Positions 56,602 to 64,000 of a stretch of DNA of 64,000 nt are shown piece by piece. Within the stretch, counting starts at the first letter, position 1. Each line of letters begins with the position of its first letter. The stretch is taken from NCBI GenBank assembly GCA_041946735.1, contig JBHGAY010000013.1, forward strand, positions 1-64,000. The letters run 5' to 3'. A program made the position numbers and the translations under genes. The DNA is from Candidatus Eiseniibacteriota bacterium (lineage in GTDB: Bacteria; Eisenbacteria; RBG-16-71-46; CAIMUX01; VGJL01). The notes under the pieces were generated by a model that ran no database searches, had not been told where the DNA came from, and was given only the letters and a program-made list of their open reading frames with translations.

Positions 56602-58253
56602 GGCTGCGCGCCACCGGCGGCAACGGCCGCCGCCGCCCGCGTCCCCGCGCGGCGCGCGGCGAGAAACACCTCGGCGAAGCCGGTCTCGTCGAGCGCCACC
56701 GGCTCCCCGGCCACGATGCCGCGGACCTCGTAGCGTCCCTCGATCTGGACGAAGCGGCCCGCCTCCTCGCCTTCGGCGGTCCCCGGCGAGAGGACGGCGT
56801 CGCGAACCGTGATCGCCACACGGATCGAGTCCGGCCCCGTCGCCCCTTGGAGGACGAGCCGGGCGGGGACCGGCTCCCCCGCCTCGTTCGCCGCCGGACC
56901 GCGGAAGCTCCCCTCGCGGCGGATCTCTCGGATGCGGAAGATCTGCAAGAGGCCGCGGCGGTTCAGCAGCGCCAGGAACGCCTCCGGATCCAGGATCGAG
57001 GGAGCCCGCACCGAGCCGTAGAACAGCGCGAGGTCGGGGCCGACCGCCTGTCCCCAATCCCAGCGGACGCGGTCCCACTTGCCCCAGTTGTGGTCGTGGT
57101 AGCCGACGTAGCCGTCGAGAGCGTAGGAGCGGCCGCCTGCGCGCACCGTGCCGCGCGCCTCGCCGCGCAATACCGGGATCACGTAGCCAAGCTCGAGGCC
57201 GCCTCCACGGTCGATCGAGAACGGCGGGTAGAAGTACCCCTCGACCGGCGCCAACGTGAAGTCGAAGGAGATGGGACCGCTCTCTCCGTCGGGAGCAGTC
57301 GCGCGCACGTGATACTCGCCGTCCACGAGAGAGACGCGGTTCGGCGCGGCGGCCACGGCGGCCACCGCGTCCCCGGCGGCCCCGGAGGCCCCGGCGCCGC
57401 CAGCACCGTCGCGGGCGCCGCCGCCGGCAGCACTCATGCCGATCGCGATGCCGGGCCCCTTGGTCGAGAACGAGACCTGATCCTGCGGCCAGACGCCGCT
57501 CGCGCGGAAGCTGCGGCCCCCCGGCTCGCGCCACTGCGCGAGCAGGATGCCGTGCGCGCGGCCGCGCCGCACGTCGCCGGCGAGCATGAAGGTGACGTAG
57601 CCGTACGGATCGCCGCCGTCGCGTCGCAGGTTGAAGTAGTGCCACTCGGCCCACAAGGAGTCGGGCGCCGTCCCCGCCGCCGTCCCCCCGGCGGGCGCGG
57701 GCGAACTCTCGCTCGAAGCGCCGGCCGAGCCCGCCTCTCCTCCAGGAAGATGGAACGCGTCCATCTCCGGCGTCGCGCGCCGCGGAATCGCCAGCCACTG
57801 GCGCGACGCCTCGGTATCCGACCACGGGGCCGGCTGCCCGAGAAGCATCGCCTCCCGCGACGGGATCGACGCGCTCGCGAGCGCCGCCGTGGCTCGCCCG
57901 CCGGGCCGCCCGACGTATACCAGACGGTTCGCGAGCTGCGGCGAGGCGGCGCGCACCTCGTCCTCGAAGCGCTGCCCCTCGAAGAGGCCGCCGATCAGAT
58001 AGCGGGCGTTCGGAATCTGGAAGAACATCGCCGAGAGCCCGCCGACCTTCAACGCCTCGAGATCGACGCCGGCCGGCAGGATCACCACGTCGCCCCCGCC
58101 GAGCAGGTCCTTGTCGCGCGCCTGCTCGAGGATCGCCTCGCCCACCGAGAGCAGGACGACCATGACCGCTGCCCCGAGCGCGAAGCCGAGGAGCAGGATC
58201 GCCGAACGCACCGGATGGCGCGCGAGCCCGCGCCGGGCGAGAAGGAAGATCAT
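56598..58253 (-). CDS. Fusion of a MacB/LolC-type permease N-terminus (TM1 + part of the periplasmic domain) with an AttH/CrtC-like beta-barrel domain
   Basis: LARRGLARHPVRSAILLLGFALGAAVMVVLL resembles permease TM1; later WAEWHYF and GYHDHNWG..WDW; no FtsX TM2-4 region. Confidence 0.65.
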   Translation of the reverse strand: MIFLLARRGLARHPVRSAILLLGFALGAAVMVVLLSVGEAILEQARDKDLLGGGDVVILPAGVDLEALKVGGLSAMFFQIPNARYLIGGLFEGQRFEDEVRAASPQLANRLVYVGRPGGRATAALASASIPSREAMLLGQPAPWSDTEASRQWLAIPRRATPEMDAFHLPGGEAGSAGASSESSPAPAGGTAAGTAPDSLWAEWHYFNLRRDGGDPYGYVTFMLAGDVRRGRAHGILLAQWREPGGRSFRASGVWPQDQVSFSTKGPGIAIGMSAAGGGARDGAGGAGASGAAGDAVAAVAAAPNRVSLVDGEYHVRATAPDGESGPISFDFTLAPVEGYFYPPFSIDRGGGLELGYVIPVLRGEARGTVRAGGRSYALDGYVGYHDHNWGKWDRVRWDWGQAVGPDLALFYGSVRAPSILDPEAFLALLNRRGLLQIFRIREIRREGSFRGPAANEAGEPVPARLVLQGATGPDSIRVAITVRDAVLSPGTAEGEEAGRFVQIEGRYEVRGIVAGEPVALDETGFAEVFLAARRAGTRAAAAVAAGGAQP

Positions 58254-59095
58254 CGCTCGCCGCTCGGCGCCGGCGCCTGCCCCGGCGTCCGCGCCGACTC
58301 CGGCGCCGATGCCTGCGCCGGCTCCGGCGCCGCCGGTCGATTCCGGCGCTCGCCGACGATCCGCCCGTCCTCCATCTCGAGGATGCGGTCGGCCGCCTCG
58401 GCGAGAACGGCGTCGTGCGTGACGACGACGAGCCCGCTGCCGGCGCGCGCGAGGCGGACGAACAGCCGCACGATCGCCTCGCCTGTCTTGCGGTCCAGCT
58501 CCCCGGTCGGCTCGTCGGCCAGGATGCAGACCGGCTCGTTCGCGAGCGCGCGGGCGATCGCGACGCGTTGCATCTCCCCTCCGCTCAACTCGGCGGGACG
58601 GTGATCGGCCCGCCCCTCCAGTCCCACGAAGCCAAGCAGCTCACGGGCCCGCGCGGCACGCTCGGTCTTGCTCCGTCCCGCCTCGGACATCGGCAGCTCG
58701 ACGTTCTCCTGCGCGGTGAGGATCGGCAGCAGGTAGAAGCGCTGGAAGACGAAGCCCAGATCGCGCAGGCGGATCGCCGCGCGCTCGCGATCGCCGAGCG
58801 CCGCCGTCGCGCGGCCGGCGATCGTCACCTCTCCCGCGTCCTGGCGATCGACCAGGCCGAGCAGATGGAGCAGCGTCGACTTGCCGCAGCCGCTGGGGCC
58901 GACGACCGCGAGGAACTCTCCTGCCGTCACGTCGAGGTCGACACCACGGAGCGCTTCGATACGCCGAGCGCCGCGCTCGTAGCTCTTCCGCAGTCCCGTG
59001 GCGACGATCGCCGGCGGCCCCGCGGCGGGCGCCGCCCCGGCCGCCCCGGCCGCCCCGGCCGCCCCGGCCACCCGCTTCGCGCCCGGCCCGCTCAC
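58250..59095 (-). CDS. LolD/MacB-type ABC ATP-binding protein
   Basis: GPSGCGKST, GFVFQ, LSGGEMQRVAIARAL, LADEPTG and VTHD. Confidence 0.93.
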   Translation of the reverse strand: MSGPGAKRVAGAAGAAGAAGAAPAAGPPAIVATGLRKSYERGARRIEALRGVDLDVTAGEFLAVVGPSGCGKSTLLHLLGLVDRQDAGEVTIAGRATAALGDRERAAIRLRDLGFVFQRFYLLPILTAQENVELPMSEAGRSKTERAARARELLGFVGLEGRADHRPAELSGGEMQRVAIARALANEPVCILADEPTGELDRKTGEAIVRLFVRLARAGSGLVVVTHDAVLAEAADRILEMEDGRIVGERRNRPAAPEPAQASAPESARTPGQAPAPSGER

Positions 59096-60405
59096 AGCGC
59101 CTCCTCGCGGAGCGTCGCCGCGATCGGCATCCGCACGGCGAACGCCGCCGCCGCGCCCCCCGCCGCGACGCCGACCGCCACGACGAACGCCGCAGTGCGC
59201 GCGAGCGCCTCCGGGGTCCAGACGAAGAAGGAAACGTCGGCGGGAAGTCCCGGGCTGTCGCGCAGGATCGCGTCGAGGTAGCCGGAGAGGAGCCCGCCGA
59301 GGCCGATTCCGGCGAGTCCCGAGACGACGGCGAGGCCGAGCGCCTCGAGCAGCACGAGGAGCACGACGCGCGAGCGCCGGAAACCGATCGCCCGCATCAC
59401 GGCCAGCTCGCCCGCCCGCTCGCCGACCGAGATCACGACGATCGTGGCGATCAGAAGGAAGTTCACGACGAGGCTGATCGATCCCAGGATGCGGCTGAAC
59501 TGCTGGAAGTAGGACAGGCGCGCCCGGACCGACTCGACCAGCTCGGCGACGGAGTAGACGTCGACCTCCGGGAGGGCGCGTCGCAAGCGGTCGACCGTCG
59601 CCGGAACGTCCGACCCCGGCCGCAGGCCGACCAGGAACAGGGACACCTCGTCGCGATCGCGCCGGCCCTCCAGCCGCTGCAGCCACGCGAGCGGGACGGC
59701 GAGGGTCCGTTGGTCGCGCGCGTCGAAGAAGAACTCCGCGACCCCGGCGACGCGCACGCGTGCCGCGCCGACGAGCGCCCCGCTCGCCGGATCGCGATCG
59801 GCGCCGAGCAGGAGCGAGTCGCCCGGCGCTACGCCGAGCGCGGCGGCGAGGTTCTCGTTCAGCACGGCATCTCCCTCGCCCGCCGTGGCGGCAGAGCCGG
59901 CTTGGCCAGCGGTAGCGGCCGAGCCCGCCGTGGCGGCCGAGCCGGCCGAGCCGGCCAGGCCGGCGCCGAGGTCGGAGCCGCGAACGATCCGATAGACGGA
60001 ACGCGCCTCTCGATCGACGCCGACGGCGAAGACGGCCCGCTCCCCCGGCGCCCGGCCGCTCTCGCGCTCCTCCGCGTCGCCCGTCTCCCCCACGCGGACA
60101 GTCCGTGCATACACCGTCGCGCCGAGCATCGCGCCGGCGCGGGCGACCGCCGGATCCTCACGCAACCGTGCCTCGAGCCGCTCCGCGCCCGGGAACGTCG
60201 CGTCGGTCGAGAACGGGAGCGTCCCGCGCGGCGTGACGCGCAGCTCGTAGCCGAGCGAATCGAGAAGCCGCTCGAACGACAAGACAATGCCTCCTCCCAG
60301 GAGGACCATGTCGAAGAGGATCGCGGTCGCGATCGCGATCCCGAGCCCGGCGAGCAGGTTCCGCGCGGCGTGCCGGGCGAGGTTGCGGATGGCGAGCGAG
60401 AGCAT
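59092..60405 (-). CDS. MacB/LolC-type (type VII) ABC permease, full length
   Basis: LAIRNLARH TM1, periplasmic domain (GVD; LAAALG..PGD; VAGV), ERAGELAVMRAIG and LLEAL. Confidence 0.9.
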   Translation of the reverse strand: MLSLAIRNLARHAARNLLAGLGIAIATAILFDMVLLGGGIVLSFERLLDSLGYELRVTPRGTLPFSTDATFPGAERLEARLREDPAVARAGAMLGATVYARTVRVGETGDAEERESGRAPGERAVFAVGVDREARSVYRIVRGSDLGAGLAGSAGSAATAGSAATAGQAGSAATAGEGDAVLNENLAAALGVAPGDSLLLGADRDPASGALVGAARVRVAGVAEFFFDARDQRTLAVPLAWLQRLEGRRDRDEVSLFLVGLRPGSDVPATVDRLRRALPEVDVYSVAELVESVRARLSYFQQFSRILGSISLVVNFLLIATIVVISVGERAGELAVMRAIGFRRSRVVLLVLLEALGLAVVSGLAGIGLGGLLSGYLDAILRDSPGLPADVSFFVWTPEALARTAAFVVAVGVAAGGAAAAFAVRMPIAATLREEAL

Positions 60406-60425
60406 GACGTCCGCCTCCCTTGCCG

Positions 60426-61355
60426 CTACCGCCGCATGAGCTCGAGCGGTGGGCGCCGCACGAGCCGGAGCGAAGCCGCCAGCCCCGAGACGATTCCGAT
60501 CCCGATCGAGATCGCGACCGCGAGCCCGACGATCCCCGGGGTCACCCTGCTGAACACGAGCGTCGTCCGGTAGAACGCCTGGTAGTAGGCGTTCACCCCT
60601 GCGGACAGAAGAAGCCCGAGCCCGATCGACACGGCCGCGCCGGCGAGCGTGAGGATCAGCGCCTCCAGGCACAGGCTCGCGAGGATCGTGCGCCTTCGGA
60701 TCCCGATCAGGCGGAGCACGCCCGCCTCGCGTCGCATCTCCTCGACCTTCAGCAGCAGGATCGCGAGAACGAAGACGCCGCTCCCGACGATCGTGATCCA
60801 GCTGATCGCCTCGTGGAAGCGGCGGATCACGACGAACGACCGGCTCGCGCGCGAGGTCAGCTCCTCGGCGGTGTACGCCTCGAATCCGTAAGCCATCTCG
60901 TCGATCTGCGCCGCGAACGCCTTCGCGTTCGCGCTCGACGGATCGCGCAGCGCGATCGAGATCCGGTCGACCGCGCCGTCGAGCCGAGCCACACGCTCGA
61001 GATCGGGGAGCTGCAGCCGCACGTAGTCGTTGCGCTCTCCGATCTCTGCCGGCTCGGCCGGCTCGTCGAAGATGCCGGCGACGACGAACCGTTCCGGATC
61101 GGGATCGTCCGCGCGGATCGAGACGGTCAGCGTGTCGCCGGCCGCGAGGTGCAGCCGCTCGGCGAGGCGCTTGCCGACGCGCACCGGAGGAAGCTCGGCC
61201 CCGCCGTCCCGACCGGGCGCTTCGCCCGCCGCCAGCGACGCCGCCAACACTGCGGCAACCGCGAGCGCGACCGCACCGAGGGCGAGCAGCGGCGAGCGCA
61301 GCGGCCTAGGCAGCGGCAGAACTGAGGCGGGCGGCCGGCAAGCGCGCGAAGCCAA
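60426..61355 (-). CDS. Short FtsX-domain ABC permease lacking the first part of the periplasmic domain
   Basis: Hydrophobic N-terminus followed almost directly by LAERLHL..GD, VVAGIF, then E.RREAGVLRLIG and LEALIL. TTG start estimated. Confidence 0.8.
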   Translation of the reverse strand: MASRACRPPASVLPLPRPLRSPLLALGAVALAVAAVLAASLAAGEAPGRDGGAELPPVRVGKRLAERLHLAAGDTLTVSIRADDPDPERFVVAGIFDEPAEPAEIGERNDYVRLQLPDLERVARLDGAVDRISIALRDPSSANAKAFAAQIDEMAYGFEAYTAEELTSRASRSFVVIRRFHEAISWITIVGSGVFVLAILLLKVEEMRREAGVLRLIGIRRRTILASLCLEALILTLAGAAVSIGLGLLLSAGVNAYYQAFYRTTLVFSRVTPGIVGLAVAISIGIGIVSGLAASLRLVRRPPLELMRR

Positions 61356-61369
61356 GGCGAGCCGGCTCC

Positions 61370-62464
61370 TCAGCGGACCTTCCTGCGGCGGTGGTTCAGG
61401 AAGTCGAGCATCAGGTAGCTCCCCAGGCGGTCGACCGAGGTGAAGTAGGCTCGTCCCCGGTTCTTCTCCGTGAGCTGCTCCACGAACTTCTGCAGGAAGG
61501 GATCGTCGGTGACCATGAACGTGGTGATCGGGATCTTCCGCCTCCGGCACAGCACCGCCTCGTCGAGCGTGCGGGCGACGATGATCGGATCGAGGCCGAA
61601 GACGTTGCGATAGAGCCGGCCGTCGCTCGTGCGGATTACCGTCGGCTTGCCGTCGGTGATGAGGAAGATCTGCTTGTTCGCCTGATGCCGCCGTTCGAGG
61701 ATCCGCCGCGCGAAGCGGATCCCCTCCTGCGTGTTCGTGTGGTAGGGCCCCGCGCCGACGTAGGGCAGGTCCTTCACCTCGATCCGCTTCGCCTCGTCCC
61801 CGAAGAGGACGATGTCGAGAGCGTCCTTGCGGTAGCGGGTGAGGATCAGCTCGGAGAGCGCGAGCGCGACCTGCTTGGCCGGCGTGATCCGGTCTTCCCC
61901 GTAGAGGATCATCGAATGGGAAACGTCGATCAGGATGACGGTGGCCGACGAGGTCGTCGCCTCCGTCTCGGCGACGCTCAGGTCCTCCTCGATCGGCAGC
62001 GTCTCGGCGCCGTGCGTGCGCCGCACCGCGTTGGCGATCGAGTCGGGAAAGTCGATCACCCCGAGGTCATCCCCGAACTCGTACGGGCGCCGCTCCGGCA
62101 GCGGCTCGCGACCGCCGATCCCCTCGTGCGGCGTCGGATGCTCCCCGAGCCCTTCGGCGCGCAGGTTGCCGAAGATCAGCTCGAGCGACGAGGCGCGGAT
62201 CGAGCGCTCCCCCTTCGCCGTCAGGACCCGCCCTTTCGGAGTCCGCTCGACGTAGCGCTCCTCCTCGAGCTTCCTCTCGAACTCGTCCAGATCCCACTCG
62301 CCCGGCAAGTATCCCTGCGCCTGCATCGAGCGGAGGAAGTCGAGCGCCTCGTCGACGTCGCCGTTCGTCCGCAGGACGAGCTGCTGGAAGAGCGACAGAA
62401 GGTCCTGGAAGCGCGAGAGCGCCTCGAGCAGCTCCGGATCCCATCCCTGGAAGCGGTATCGCAT
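61370..62464 (-). CDS. VWA-domain protein (partner of the AAA+ ATPase)
   Basis: MIDAS motif DVSHSM, HTN and ITDGKP. Confidence 0.9.
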   Translation of the reverse strand: MRYRFQGWDPELLEALSRFQDLLSLFQQLVLRTNGDVDEALDFLRSMQAQGYLPGEWDLDEFERKLEEERYVERTPKGRVLTAKGERSIRASSLELIFGNLRAEGLGEHPTPHEGIGGREPLPERRPYEFGDDLGVIDFPDSIANAVRRTHGAETLPIEEDLSVAETEATTSSATVILIDVSHSMILYGEDRITPAKQVALALSELILTRYRKDALDIVLFGDEAKRIEVKDLPYVGAGPYHTNTQEGIRFARRILERRHQANKQIFLITDGKPTVIRTSDGRLYRNVFGLDPIIVARTLDEAVLCRRRKIPITTFMVTDDPFLQKFVEQLTEKNRGRAYFTSVDRLGSYLMLDFLNHRRRKVR

Positions 62465-62512
62465 CGTTGTCGCTCCGCCTGCCGGTCCCCGCCGCCGCCC
62501 GCGGCGGCGCGC

Positions 62513-64000
62513 CTAGCGGCTCTCCTCCTTGAACATGCTCGCCAGCATGTCGGTGAAGCGGAGGCCTCCGCCGTCGAGCGCCTGCCGCGCGATCAGGCTC
62601 GCCTGGTGCAGCGCCTCGAGCACCCACTCCATCGCGAGCGCACGCTCCGCGGCGAGCAGCTTGCCGAGGTGACGCTCCACGAGGGAGCCCAGCCCGGGCA
62701 CGCGCTCGAGCGCCGCGACGTAGGCGGCGAACGGCATATCGTCGGACAGCTCGACCTTGCCGCCCGCCGAGAAGAAGTCGAGCACCTCCCGATACGCGGT
62801 CGGGACGGACCGGCCCGCGGACGCGCCCGCGGTCTCCTCCTCGTCCTCCTCGATCGCGGCCCGCCGGCGCCGCCGCTCCTTCGCGGCGTACGGAGCCGGG
62901 AAGTAGCGGCCGAAGGTCTTCGCGAGCGCGCGCCCGATCAGCTTGTGCGCGACGATCACCGGCCCTTCGCGCTCCCCTTCGTAGACGAGCTCGATCCTGC
63001 CCGTCACCGCGGGCACGACCGACGCGAGGTCGGCCATCCGCGGAGCGAGCGGCTCGCCGGGACGGCGCAGCGCCCGCCGCTCGATCGACGACAGAAGCAG
63101 CTCGCGCGCGCGGATCGGAAGCCTCTGGCTCACTCCGGAGGATGGATCCACGTGGTCGCTGCCGCGCGCCTCGAACGCGATCTCCTCGAGGATCTCCTCG
63201 AGGAAGCGCGGCATGGCGATCTCCGCCCCGCGCTCCGTCCAGGCCTCCTGGCGCGTGATCGCGATCGCGTCGTCGATCGTCTTCGGGTAGTGCGTCAGGA
63301 TCTGGCTGTCGATCCGGTCCTTGAGCGGCGTGATGATGTTGCCACGATTCGTGTAGTCCTCCGGGTTCGCCGTGAACGTGAGGAGGAGGTCGAGCGGGAT
63401 CCGCACCGGGAAGCCGCGGATCTGAATGTCTTTCTCCTCCATGATGTTCAGGAGCCCCACCTGGATGCGCGGCTGCAGGTCGGGCAGCTCGTTCAGCGCG
63501 AAGATCCCGCGGTTCGTGCGCGGGATGATCCCGTAATGGATCACCTCCTCGCTGGAGAAGTCGAGCTTCTCGCGCGCCGCCTTGATCGGATCGATGTCGC
63601 CGATCAGGTCGGCGATGGTCACGTCGGGCGTCGCGAGCTTCTCGTGGTAGCGCTCTTCCGGCGCGAGCCACGCGACCGGCAGCCTCTCCCCCATCTCCTC
63701 GAGGCGGCGGCGGCACGTCGCGCAGGTCGGATGGTACGGATCGTCATGGATCGGGCAGCCGGCCACGTAGGGCAGCTCCGGGTCGAGGAGCCCGAGCAGG
63801 TTGCGGACGATCCGCGTCTTCGCCTGGCCGCGCAGTCCCAGCAGGATGAAGTCATGCTGCGAGAGGATCGCCTGCTCGAGCTGGGGCAGCACGCTCTCCT
63901 CGTAGCCGATGATCCCGCGCAGCCAGCTCGCGCCGCTCGCGAGCCGGTCGCGCAGGTTCTCGCGCAGTTCCTCCTTCACGGACCGCGATCGCCATCCGCT
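62513..64000 (-). CDS. Mg-chelatase subunit I-like / sigma54-interacting-type AAA+ ATPase (5' partial)
   Basis: GLRGQAKT, ADLIGDIDP, NRGIFALNELPDL, TANPEDY and PLKDR; the frame is open to the window edge. Confidence 0.9.
   Translation of the reverse strand, partial: SGWRSRSVKEELRENLRDRLASGASWLRGIIGYEESVLPQLEQAILSQHDFILLGLRGQAKTRIVRNLLGLLDPELPYVAGCPIHDDPYHPTCATCRRRLEEMGERLPVAWLAPEERYHEKLATPDVTIADLIGDIDPIKAAREKLDFSSEEVIHYGIIPRTNRGIFALNELPDLQPRIQVGLLNIMEEKDIQIRGFPVRIPLDLLLTFTANPEDYTNRGNIITPLKDRIDSQILTHYPKTIDDAIAITRQEAWTERGAEIAMPRFLEEILEEIAFEARGSDHVDPSSGVSQRLPIRARELLLSSIERRALRRPGEPLAPRMADLASVVPAVTGRIELVYEGEREGPVIVAHKLIGRALAKTFGRYFPAPYAAKERRRRRAAIEEDEEETAGASAGRSVPTAYREVLDFFSAGGKVELSDDMPFAAYVAALERVPGLGSLVERHLGKLLAAERALAMEWVLEALHQASLIARQALDGGGLRFTDMLASMFKEESR

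Noticed and set aside
62513..64000. Chlorophyll or cobalamin chelatase role for the AAA+ ATPase
   Set aside because: No tetrapyrrole genes nearby; it matches the generic AAA+/VWA pair.
1..64000. tRNA, rRNA, IS elements, integrases, prophage and defence systems
   Set aside because: None recognised; composition is uniform and nearly all space is explained by CDSs.

Overview
A 64 kb, very GC-rich, gene-dense bacterial chromosomal segment with about 55 CDSs. No rRNA, tRNA, CRISPR array or mobile element is visible. Five secreted proteins with a FlgD-Ig/T9SS-like C-terminal domain and a GWxTD protein suggest an FCB-affiliated diderm such as Eisenbacteria, Krumholzibacteriota or Latescibacterota (inference only). 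Main blocks: (1) a complete hdrCBA-flxCD-flxB-flxA electron-bifurcation operon behind a near-consensus sigma70 promoter with an overlapping Rex/CRP-type palindrome; (2) pfkA, GWxTD, NlpC/P60 and a POT transporter; (3) a stand-alone Clp D2-like protein whose ATPase motifs are all degenerate but whose ClpP-docking IGF loop is retained; (4) a two-component cluster; (5) a large divergent nucleoside uptake and salvage cluster; (6) secreted peptidases and a DEAD-box helicase; (7) a DUF4266-DUF3570-TlpA-ApbE flavinylation module interrupted by a 3xCHRD protein and a pabB-pabC fusion; (8) an AAA+/VWA-linked type VII ABC operon in which one permease appears split, with the missing part fused to an AttH/CrtC-like domain. 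Short degenerate tandem repeats repeatedly straddle gene 3' ends. Family calls come from motif recognition by eye, and several start codons are my estimates rather than those of the ORF track.
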